DNA of 64,000 nucleotides, from assembly GCA_051362555.1 (NCBI GenBank), contig CM120645.1:682001-746000 (forward strand). Reading direction: 5' to 3'. The position numbers were made by a program, and so were the translations under genes. Positions within the stretch are counted from its first letter, which is position 1. The number at the start of each line of letters is the position of its first letter. Under the pieces are notes generated by a model, which searched no databases, had not been told where the DNA came from, and saw only the letters and a list, made by a program, of their open reading frames with translations. This document shows, piece by piece, positions 52,108 to 64,000 of this stretch. This stretch comes from Lingula anatina (Eukaryota; Animalia; Brachiopoda).

Positions 52108-55100
52108 TTGTACCTACTCAGTCCTCTCCTAAAGGCCATTTATGGTGCTAAATTTACAATTAAATCATTTTTTGTAAGAATTATTTTACCTATGCGACTT
52201 TTTTTACGCATCGGTTTCTCTTTTTAGCTGGTTTAAGTGTATGTGGGAACCATGAAGTGTAGATTTAAAATATCGTAGCCCTGACATTAGAATTTTCACG
52301 CGATGTGAATATTACTTTTTTAAAAGCACGAAACCTTGTCTAGCTTCAAAAAGAATGACAGATATCAACTTTTTAGTTTTGAGCTTTTCGGAATAATTGT
52401 AGTGGTAAGTGTGTGAAAGGTGACGTGAGTTAAAGTAGATTTCGTCCTGTCTTTCCTGGACAAAAAACCACGGAAAACCCTGTTATGTAAAACGGAGAGA
52501 AGCAGCCCCGTTGTCGTTGATCACGTCAGCCGTATTTCTTGAATTCCGATTTTTACCTTTAACATTAGATCGCTCCTTTCTCTTAGCGCAGCTCGAGTAA
52601 AATAACCATGGTGATAATGAAAGCTGAGGTGTCGTACCTTCTTTTATGGTCGAGACAGCGCAATCACTCACGAATTAATAGCAGTGTCATCTGGAGGGGT
52701 TAGCATTTCTTTTCCATTTAAGAATAACACGCATTAAGATTTAGCACCAGAGAGAATGGTGAGGGAAGGAGACATCGCCGAAGATTCATTACTTCGTATT
52801 AAAGCATGACAGGGAGCACCAAAGGCAATGCATTTCATCACGAAGTTTAGTGGCAAAAAAAACGTGACTTTAGAGGGCAACACGCACCAAGACTCGGATA
52901 ATTTAGCGTAACTCCTCTGTTACCATTAACTATCCACGCAGCGTGCTGGCTGTGTGGAAACCGTGTTTTTTTTTTAATTGTATATTTAAAAAAATCTTTT
53001 TCGTGTACGTCTACATTCTTATTTGCATTATTGTGAGGGAAATGGATAATGAAAGAAGGCAATCCTAAAGACTAGTACTGGTTCATCTTTGTTGAGCTTG
53101 TTCAGCTGTAGCCGTTTTGTGATTACATGTACATCTTGGAACTTTTAAACTTTATTATGAGATCTTAACCTTTACGGTAGACTTCATCACCCTTAACAGT
53201 GTACTTAACTGTATATTACGAACAGACGGACAGCACCCATCATAATGAATTTTAAATCATCTCAAATAAAAAAACGAGTCTTAAGGAATGTAATTGCATG
53301 GCTTCTTCACATTAATAAAATATAAAAGAAAATGTTTTTTTACCTGCCTGTACAGCTCCGCGAAAATCACGCGACATCACCATAAGATGTCAGGTTAATA
53401 GTAGAAGGAAGATCATCTTTATGTAAATCCAGAGCGTTTAGAAGCCTGAGACACAATATACTATTTTTCTGAAATATATGGCAAATTCCATTTGTTTACT
53501 GAGTATTTTTAAAGATTTTTTCCCCCATGCAAATGTGCAATGAGAGCTGGTGATGGTTTCTCTGGTGACGGTTCATATATCTACGTGACGAAACACCACC
53601 CTCTGCGTCACGTGACTTACTTCTTTATTTTCCTCAGATGAATGCGCTGTATAGTTGTTGGAGTGAAACGGGTGAATTATTGACGCAATGCAATTTCCAT
53701 TAAAATGGGTTTTGGTCGCGATATCGGTACTTTTCCTTTAAGGTTGCGTTCTTCGCCATAAATGAGACTCAAATCCAGGGCGATCTCTGGAATTTGCTAA
53801 AATTCATTCCTTTTAATATTTTTAAACATATGTTTGAGATCAGTTATAATCCATGCCTTCAGGAGTTTCCATCGCGGACACAAAATTTCAAAATTTCACG
53901 ATTTTTTAACAGCTTCTCTGGTTTTAAGTGTGCTGAAGTTCGGTTTACTTGAGTCAAATCATAATAATCACTTATAGATTTCCATTTATTACGATTAAAA
54001 AATGGCAAGTTTTGTCGTTAACGGTGACACTTCATATTTTGAGATATATTTTTTCATTTTTCAAATGACTTTCCCATGCGTTTGGGGTATAATAAGATTT
54101 AAGATTACACACATAAACCACGGGGCGACTTCTTCATCATCACAGGTCTTACAGTGACTGTCTGTTTTCAGTTTCTCATTTAGAAGATGACTTTACCCTG
54201 ATACTGGAGAAGTAGTAATGACCCTCCAAGCGTCTGTTGCCGTAGATTGTAGTCACAGTAAACATTCTGATCCAGCGGAAGTGGAGAGATGGCAGCGCTA
54301 TTGTTTTTTTGACAACAAACATTTTATATTATCACACTGTTTTCTTTTATTTTGAGATACACTAACCACTCTCCACTGTGCTGATAAAAAACGTACAATG
54401 ACAACAATACCATCAAACTTTTTAACGCCCTGGTTTTCACTGAAGGACATTATATTTGGGCAATAACAATACAGAGGGGGGGTCGGGAGAGGATTAAATA
54501 ATTTGATATCCCATGACTCTATTTGTACACAATTAATACTTCCCTTAATTTTTTAAGGATATGCCTGTTCATTTCATTTGTAAATAATATTTTAATATTT
54601 CTACATATATTGAGTGTTAAAATATCACACACACTGAATGATGTCTGTTTGTCGATATTTTTCCTATTTCGCGGTGTTACTTTAGACATTTGTCAAAAAA
54701 GAAAAATCATCTAAAGCTATTTTCATTCATAGAACATTGGTATCCATGGTTTCTTCTTAAAAAATGCCACAAAACACTTAAAGATTTAAGATTTGCTCAC
54801 ACAAATAAAAATATGTAATATTCGGTATTTTATTACATTTTATTTATGGACACGCTGTCAGTGTAATTTTGGAATAGAAAGACGCTCAACAATACCTTAA
54901 GAATGAGCAATTCATTTTCAGAATGGTGTGGTAAAGCCGTGACCTTGCAATTTGCATATTTTATAATTTTTTTTTTTATATTATTATTATTATTATTATT
55001 ATTTTTGAAAGGAACCCCTGTTATCCACCGTGGTACATTGAAATGGTAAATAAAAACATAAACAATGTACGTTACCTTTTATGGTCACGTCATTGCGGTA

Positions 55101-55685
55101 CTTGCCAGTACCTCGTTCAACGCCCTTTTTCCTAAATACTTAAAGACACAGATTGTTTTTATTACAATTCAAAATATGGAATGTCGTGTGCAGTTAAATT
55201 AAATCTGCTTTAAAACTGCCATATTGAATATTTGGACCTAAATAAAAAGACAAGAACATTAGAAATTTCTTTCGGGTCTTCATCACGACGGTAGGAGTTT
55301 TTAAAATGTCAAGTAAATTTAAAAAAAGCTTCTTAAATTTTTCTTTTAATTTAAGTGGAGAAGGCTATGTTAAAATAGCACGTTATCAATGAAATGCCAT
55401 CTAAATCCATCTAAAACTTGACTTTTTGCGATAATGTTCTCAAGAAGGCAACCCTACGTGGCCCGTAATATGCAAGCAAATTTTCTCTCTATTCATATGG
55501 TAGTGTCTGGGGTTAATAATTTCTCACCAAAGCTTTCCTTTGGACTTTTTATCTGCCATTTCATAATAGTCTTATTAACCATGAAAGAGCAACTGACTTG
55601 ACATTTTACCCAGAATTTTCTCCCAGTCATACGTTAACTAAAACTCAATGGTCACCAACACGCAAACCCGTCATAACCCGACGGG

Positions 55686-55692
55686 TATAAAA
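55686..55692 (+). promoter_or_regulatory. TATA box of GY-rich paralogue 3
   Basis: gacgggtataaaaccc, 80 nt upstream of the ATG. Confidence 0.75.
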
Positions 55693-55765
55693 CCCCGATT
55701 AAACGGCGTCTCATCACTGCGTCTAGTCCACAACTTGACCAAGCAGCACAAAAATCCGTTCCAAG

Positions 55766-56095
55766 ATGATGCTTAAAGCCGTCGTCGTCCTCGCCATCGT
55801 GGCTTTCGCCGCCGCCGTCCCAGGCACCAAATACTACCCAGCCCCAGACGGCAGTGGAAGACTTCTCTACTTCCCCCGTGGCTACGTGAGCGGTGACTAT
55901 AGAGGGGGTATTCCAGTCAATAACCTTGGTTACGGTGGCTACCGCGGTGGATACGGCGGATACAGTGGATACGGTGGATACGGAGTTGGCAGTTACGCCG
56001 GATATGGTTACGGCAAAGGCGTCTACGGATTGGGATATGGGCGTGGTCTTTATGGACTCGGTTACTTGAACCGTGGATACGGCCTTAAGGGCTAA
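55766..56095 (+). CDS. Secreted Gly/Tyr-rich protein, paralogue 3 (109 aa)
   Basis: Same signal peptide and motif, with GGY/GYG repeats. Intron 56098-57075 follows the stop; AATAAA at about 57303. Confidence 0.9.
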   Translation: MMLKAVVVLAIVAFAAAVPGTKYYPAPDGSGRLLYFPRGYVSGDYRGGIPVNNLGYGGYRGGYGGYSGYGGYGVGSYAGYGYGKGVYGLGYGRGLYGLGYLNRGYGLKG

Positions 56096-57933
56096 AGGTA
56101 TGAACTTTTTGCCTACCTTTTATTTCTTTACCTCTATGTTCTGTTGCTTTTAACGTTCATTCTGTTACAAGAAATATACTAGAAGTTTCTTTTTGTAAGT
56201 ATGCGACTTACATGATTTTTTTTCTGGAATTCTTAATGTCACCAGGTGATTTGTTATAACCAAGAGGTTTGTAAATTAGAGGTTAGAGAGTAGATTTTGC
56301 GTTCTATGTATTAGACAAGATGGAAAAGCCAGGTACCATTTTTAATTTTTTATTTCTCGACTTATGAGGATCTCAGACAAATATGAACAATACTGGAAAA
56401 ATGAGCGATTGATTTTTTTTCTGATGTGGCGTCATTGAGGAGACGCTGTGCCTGTTCTTCTCTAACTTTCAACTTTTCTCAACAAACTTGTGTTGTAAGT
56501 TAACACATGCCTCCATTAGAAGTGATATGGAAAGTCGCGTGGAGTTAAGTTAAAGCTGTTTTAAAACGCAGTTACACTGTAACCAGATGTAGTGATGACC
56601 ATTAGTGACTGGTCAGAAAAACAAAGTGAAAAGTAATTGTTAACAGGGAATACAATAACTTTCTTTCCTTTTTGACGGCTCATGCCTGTTGTTGAAATAA
56701 AAATAACTGATTCTTTTAGAATTTTCATAAAACTTTTCTTCGTCCATCTTGTCTAGATATCATTTAAGCCAATTCTTTGAATTTTTTCTGTCGATTTACC
56801 TTCCTCGATGTCTACATTCAGTTTGATCACTATTGGTATTTACCTATATTTGTTTATTTGACAAATACGTCAGGGAGAAAAATGTAAAAAAAGAGGAAAA
56901 GTAGGCAACATTAGTGTACATATATTATGTTTATGAAAACATTTTATCATTAATTCTTTTAATATGAAACAATCACAACATGGTGAAAGAATATAACCTG
57001 TTTGTGAGTTTTACACAGTATATAGAGATATCAGCATTCCTAATGAATATTCTAATATTTTTTTTGTTTTTTCAGCCTTCAGATGAGAGTGCCTCCGCCA
57101 ATAGTAACGCCAGTTCCAACCTGTAGTTTAACCTAAGCTTTATCACCTGTTACCATGACAATATATGACGTCAACAACAACAACCCTGAGATCGTCGATA
57201 GAGGTCGCTTCATATAATAAACTGCATACTTGGTATTGAGGCGGCAGGTTTCATCATTCACTTAATACTGAATTTCCTGATTGTTTTAATGGACTTATGA
57301 TCAATAAATTCCATTTATCATTCTGGATATTCCGCAGTCTGTTTTATTTTCCCCCTTTATATACGGCATTGTTACTCTGTGGGATGCACTAATACTACAG
57401 GCCTGTGGCCAGCAATTCTAAAATGAAGTTCTCCTTATGAGAAAGTGAACCATTTTACCCCTTATTCGTTAGCCTACTTTGGGAATCGACAGATCCAAGA
57501 TATTTTTTTTTATTCAGAGGGGAACAATTATTTACTATGGCTTTTTTTTTTTTTTTTTTTTGACAAAATTCGATTCTCCGCTAACACAATGAAAAGAAAC
57601 AACAAGACAACAAGAACTACTTTTAAACGCGCATTAATTTTCTTTCAACAAGTATCTACCCTGTACTTTAAAATCTCCCATCCTTTCAGACACGTCTCAT
57701 AGATAATTCTAGTTAAAACATTAAGTTAAAGGCCGGAGACAGCACAAATAATATACTTTATGATTAAGAAAGAGATGAACTTAAAAAAATATTAGACAAC
57801 GCAGATACTTGACTGATGAAGAGAGAGGAAAACTAAAAACTGGAGGAAAAAAAAACGAACACGCACGTTTATTCTCTCCACAATAAATAGAACGCTCAGA
57901 GAAATTGACCGTTACATTTTCTTTCAGAAACAT

Positions 57934-60832
57934 TTACTGGCTGACAATTCCCTTGAGTTTCTGAAATTAAGAAAAGGGGGAAATGTTTAGAAGATAAGAA
58001 TGCTATAAAATTAAGATTCTTAAACTGAGCTGACTTTTTTCTTGAAACAAAATCCTTCGCTACTGGCCTACGGCACTTTAATGATCAGATAGCGATCGTA
58101 TTAAAAAATACTATTCAAAGCCACTAGAAAACCCAAGATAATAAGATAACAAAAATAAGACTAAAAAGATTACATTTCACTTTTTACAAGACAAATAATA
58201 ATGATAATAATAATAAGCATATTGAAAACTTACCATCAGTTTGCTGAAAACATCCATGAAAGATGGGCGCACGCTTTCTGGGAGACCTGAAAAGATTTGA
58301 CTTGTTTATTATTTAGGCCAATAACATTATTATTATTATTTATTTCGAAGGAATGTTATATATCTCTGGTGAATGAAAATGAATACATATAAATATATAT
58401 CATAGGCGCATGAAAGGCATTCGGAGATATTCATTTGTCCACACGAGATTAGAAATGAGGAAGCCATATAAAGGATCCCACAGAAAAGAATCCAGGAAGG
58501 GAGAAAAAAATGACATTAACAAAGAGAGAGGGAGAGAGAGATATTTCGTATTCCTATTCATATTCAGGCCCTTAGGGGAAGGGGACGGCGTTGATACAAA
58601 AGAGCCGCCATTTGATCCTGATTCAAAAATAATCTGATTGGGTTCTACATGTACCGGTATGCATTTTTCAAATTGGGTCAGGTACGGGTTAAAAGGTTTT
58701 TTCAAGATAAACAACTCCCTTTGAAATTGCTGCCCCCAAACCTTAAAAGAATACACGAAAATGTAGTCCCAGAATATTTTTATGAGCATCATTACCAATA
58801 GTGAAGAATGTGGCAGTGAGCAAGATTCTATTGTATTCTTTACCACACGCCACAAAAATCATGCATGAACCGTATTCGGAACACTACTGAAAGCATCATG
58901 AAAGCACTTACTCATGAGGACAGACTTGACTGTCTGAGGTCCCTGAGCCTGCAGATAGGTCACAGTGGCAGCCATGCCCTCCTCTGCCTTGGCTTCCAGA
59001 CCGACGAAGAAGTCCTGTGTAGCCTGAGGGAGCGACGTGAATTCGGCAGACGTGAGATCAGCCTTCAACTTGGCGGCCATGTTCTTCAACCAGGCGTCGT
59101 ACTTGGAGAGATCTTTAGACACGACCTGTGAATGAATTAGGGCGCATAGGCAAATATTTTTTAATTAAGTAGTGTTTTTAAGATTTTTTTCAAATAATGG
59201 GAAAGTGTTATAGGATATGCGATGTTGATGAGATCTTTGGCAACAACTGTTATTGTGACGGCCTTACACTCATGGTAATATTTAAGAGTTCTTTTCTTTA
59301 GGCTTATATAATTTGTTCAAGCCCCAACTCTTTAAATAGATAATCTTTTACTTAAGAGGAATCAATTTCACTCTGTGTCAACGAGATGTCTGACGTCACA
59401 AATCTGACCTATTTGTCCTTGTATAAATGTCACTCACGTCTTTCAATCCAGAGAGAGCTGCTTTAACCTTCTGTTGAAGGGCATCGGGAAGAGCTGGAAA
59501 ATGAATACAATCCGTCAGGAAATCTGGTCTTGAGACTTATTTGTAATTCATAAATTTATCCTTTGCTTCAGATATTTTACCATGAATTATTGCATATTTA
59601 TGGTTATTTAGAGCAATCTACTATTGGGAATTTTGCACGGTTATTGATTTAAATTTTAACTTCTTGTATAATTTTACCCAAAGACGATCTGTCTTTTTTA
59701 CAGTAAATCATAACGTCTAACCATCACACAACACCAGACCAGTCTAAGAACATTTCTACCAACATACCAGTATATCCAAATATATTAATTTTCATACGTT
59801 GTACCCCAGCCCAACACGCATACTATTCCAGCCCTACTGACTTACTCTTTGCGTACTCAACGATCTTATTCTTTACGCTTTCGGTGAAGAACTCGGCGAC
59901 CTTGTTGTTGTTCACGGCGTCCTTAAGTCCCTGGAAGAGAGCCTTGCCTTTATCAGAGAGCTTCTGGTAGACGGGGTGGTTCTCAAAGTCCGAGATGTGG
60001 CTGAGCAGGGAAGGAAGGTCGCGACGGATGGCGGTCAGCTCCTCGTAGTCAGAGTAGACGTTTCTTAGGTGGTCCAGAGCGACGGCCTCGCTGGAAAATT
60101 TTACGTTTATTTGTTTAACTTAGACTTAGAAGACAAAAGTAGGCCTATTTGTATCGTTTCACAAGATATACATACTTTCATATTTCAAATTTTACTTCAT
60201 TGAAACTAATCATTTTATAAGGTTCTAGCACTTTCACTCTATTGAATAAAAGCATGAAAGAGCCAATGCCTTGCCTTAGCTTTCAACAACTCTATGTCAC
60301 ACGGAGACACGGCATAGTGCAACCAAGCTGTGAGACCGCACCCTTACGATTATTTCCTATGTGGGACTCTAGAAATCCTGCAGGACTCTACAGGACTCTA
60401 TAGAAATTCCACCGGACGTCCTGTTGGATTCCCATCTAGACTATATATATATATGGATTTGCGCCAATTTACTTTAGGACGTCCTATGGAAAATTAAGCA
60501 CATTTTCTCGAATGTGAAGTTTTGTTTACTTACGCGCCACGTTTTCCGAGAGCAGCAGTGGCTCCAGCGGTGATGAGGCCGGTTGCGATATTACTGAGCA
60601 CATCCGGGGCAACTTCTACCACCTTGTTGAGGGTCTCCTTACCGATATCTCCGATGGCGCCAATGACAGCTGGGGCCACTTTGTCCTTAACGAGGTTGAA
60701 AGCGTCGGTGGCGACGTCGCCAATGCCCTTGCCTATACCTTCAAAGACGTCTTTCACGTCACCAATGAAATCGGCGTCGTTTGGCCGTACGGCCAATGCA
60801 ATCACGGCGGCAACAAACAAGATCTTGAACAT
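57934..60832 (-). CDS. Secreted amphipathic alpha-helical precursor protein (about 297 aa, apolipoprotein-like composition), function unknown
   Basis: Coding exons 60832-60534, 60090-59846, 59493-59438, 59125-58912, 58286-58234 and 57960-57934 (894 nt in frame, all GT-AG). Signal peptide MFKILFVAAVIALAVRPNDA; no Cys. Short 5'UTR exon ending near 61099; AATAAA at about 57868-57873. Confidence 0.88.
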
Positions 60833-61148
60833 GATGGTTTCTGAAATTTTGGAATCAGTTATTTCAGAATCTATGCTCTGTTTAAATCTTAGGCTTGCGC
60901 ATCAGCCATAGTCAGATTTCAGAAAAAATATAATGGATGCCTGAGAGCCTTTATCAAGATGATGCTAAAATATGGTGTTTACCTATACACCTTGTTGACG
61001 TAAAACTTTGGAATGTTGGAATGAATTTTCTTAAATGTCCCCAAATATCAAACCGTTCAATTCAAGGATAAGTAAGTCCTTATGAAAAGAACACCTACCT
61101 TCTGTTGGGGAGAGCTCTACGAAAGTGTTAAATGTAGCAATTTCGTGG

Positions 61149-61156
61149 CTTATATA
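61149..61156 (-). promoter_or_regulatory. TATA box of the helical precursor gene
   Basis: Minus-strand gtatataag about 50 nt upstream of a donor AG|GTAGGT near 61098. Confidence 0.6.
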
Positions 61157-64000
61157 CAGGACCAGATGATTAGGCCGCAATCGTGGGTTTCTCAGTCGAC
61201 AGTCATGACCTGTGGATTATTGGGACTGCGCCCCAGTGACAATCCGCTTACACGTGCAACACCATGAAGTGACCACGATATGCGGTGCATTGCTTAGGGG
61301 CCATTCCCACACCCTATCGTACGAACTGTGGATCAATCTATGTCCGAGGGGATTGCAATCAAGTTACATGTCTGTCTTACTGAAGCTGCTAGGGGGTAAT
61401 TAATTAATTATCGTTTAGCAGCTTCAGTGGGCGTGCCAGATATCTATGCCGCTTAAGCTGAAAGCAATTTAGCGAGAAACCCTTCGGAGATGGGTCGATC
61501 CTGCTAGATCGAACTAGGTATGGGAACCCAGTCTTAGCATGCTTTATAATATTAAATATGTAATATACCCCTACCCTCAAGATAATGATAACGAAATGTG
61601 TCCATTTACCATGAGCGCCTTTATGAAACGATTCAACATACGATTATGCAAGTTTTCCCATCCGTAGATTCTATAATTCCGCGGTGTAGCCATATTAGTG
61701 AATAACAAAGGTAGCAAGGGGGGGGGGGGGGGGGGGGTGTCCGGTTGTGACAAAAAAGTAAAATCCGGCTTCTCCATTTTAGCATTTGAATGCTATTGGA
61801 TACGTTTGCCAGCACACACCATGTTCTACAGCAAAGGTTCTTCAAACAACATCGGCGAAAACAATGTCATCAGTTTATTAGGGACAAAAAATCTAGAACG
61901 GAACTAGACAGCATAGGAGTCCGCTACGACAAGTGGTTTATAAACAACTCTTCTTGTCCTTGAGTATATGCTAACTGAACTGTTTGTGTACCAGGAATAT
62001 TTAGGGGTGAGAAATATGGTCCATCATTCAACTGAAAAAAAAAAAACAATTTTTGGCCAAGTTATCGAACTTAAGAAAAATTAAATATAAGAAAACAAAA
62101 ATCAAATTCAATTCACCTGGTTTAAATAGAATATAACGTTTGTAAAATGGCAAATATCAGAGACATTTAAACCCATGTATTTGACAAAGTTGAATATTGA
62201 CATTGATGTGTGTATTACTATCACTAGTGCACGTTCCAGTTTGTGACCTTTTATAAGCTAGAACAGCACACCTGTCTGCTAAGCACCGCGTGAACTTTCC
62301 CACCTGAAGTAACAGGTTGCTCATACACAATCCCAAATCAGGTTTTGGTCTAAAATACTACATTAGACCCCGACTTATTCAACAGCAGTTTATTTTTCAA
62401 ACGAGCGCAAGTGGACTTGACTGCTACACAAAAATACCAGTATTAATACTGCTATTCTTAGAAAACCTAATGAACTCAGATAGTCGGCTTAACAAAGTTA
62501 ACTATTATGTCATGGCGACATCACACGGTAAACACTGTATTTTCGCTTTGCAAAGTGGTAGAATTAAACAGTTGCTGAATTATCAAATTATGGGGTGATT
62601 ATAACTCGGCGGGGTGATACAGCCCCCCCTCCCCCCCCGGGGAAACTTGTTATGTTCCAAATCCATCACTTTGCTTTTTATTCACAAACATCAAATTCAT
62701 ACATTTTCCTGTTTTCAGCCGTCATACGTGTAAAAATTCAATATTTATCGTAAATGCTTCAGTTTCAGTAGCAATACTGACGCCTACGTAACGTGAAACG
62801 TGAAATCCTATCATTTCAGATGTAGAGCACTATATAATTTCCAGAATATACAAAATAGGCCGATGCATAGAAGGCTTTTCGAATCAATACCGTTATGGAT
62901 TCCAATTACAGGTACAATTTTTAAAAAGCTACCATAACAATTGAACTGCAAACACTATTGTGGAAATTTCCAACAATATCCTATCCATTATCTTCATTTC
63001 TATACACGCATATCCGTCATACAACAAACCACCGTGTGGCAGGAATTGAGAACAAAATCTTTTTTATTCAAAGCTGCTTTAATGCGCCTTTACTTATTTT
63101 CCTGGATAATGACGCAGATAGCGAGTAAGCAGCAATCCATTAAGGTGCTGATACAGTTAGACCCGACATAGTATTGTATAGATGGACATTGCAGTGAAAA
63201 TGTATCTGGGAATTTGGGTAGTTTTTGCCTGCAATTGTGCGGCCGTGACAAGTGTCGGTGAGTAATTTTATTTTATCAAAACAGACAGAGAAAGACCGGT
63301 GCGACATCACTATCATTTCATAAATTCAAAACATTATAGGGCATATTGTTGCATGTATGCCCTCAACGAATAATCGCCTCATGCCTGCAATTACTTTGTT
63401 TTAAAAAAGGGAAAAAGAAAACGGCGACGGTCATATTGAATTTTTACCACTTTTAATACAAAGTTGGTACTTGGAAGCTCGCTCCGGGATTATCCTTGTC
63501 TTTCAGAGGTCTTGGTTAAAACGTTCTTTTTTCACCCTGCGCTCTCTGTAGCCTTCAGTCAATATATAATCACGGCATATTTTTGACTTGAATCTTGTAA
63601 ATATTCAGTAGTGCCAGTGCAAACAATCAAGAGAGCCAAGAAAGACGTCTCAGATGACTCTATTCTGTCACTTTATCTGATTTATTTAACAAAGCAAACA
63701 CGCGTGGTGTAGATTTCTTTTTCGATTAAAAATGTATACAAATATTTAATGTGTAAATTACAATGTAGAGATTATGTGTTAATACAAAAATGTACATGTC
63801 AAGCCAAAGCCTTGTGAATGAAAGTGTCAGAATTGATAAAATAAATAGAACATGGATAGATAAATAATGGCAATATTTATACAATTATCATCGGGGTATT
63901 TATTTACTCTTAATTTCAAGTAAATGTTCAGTGGAGGAAAGGTAGCAGTGAGGAAAGGTAAAATATATCAAACCGCAACGGCAAGAAAATAACGAAAATC

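Overview
AT-rich eukaryotic DNA with spliceosomal introns. It is an invertebrate, most consistent with a lophotrochozoan such as a mollusc (inferred from gene content only). All gene models below were spliced by eye. Left half: an 18-exon GRAMD4 orthologue (+, 3984-19667). Its 7.1 kb intron holds a nested antisense LRR-ROC-COR (MFHAS1-like ROCO) gene with a C-terminal CARD-like exon and an LRR region built from a recombining 138-bp tandem array. One GRAMD4 exon has a triplicated, fully in-frame 3' splice site. Right half: a run of secreted-protein genes, namely a somatomedin-B/Cys-rich ectodomain protein, an ependymin-related protein, three paralogous Gly/Tyr-rich proteins and an amphipathic helical precursor with GKR/RR sites. 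Positions 1-3070 are a diverged segmental duplicate of about 31788-35960, with an internal inversion, and carry the last codons of a paralogue of the somatomedin-B gene. Many MITEs, HINE-like elements, SINEs, LINE scraps and microsatellites are also present.
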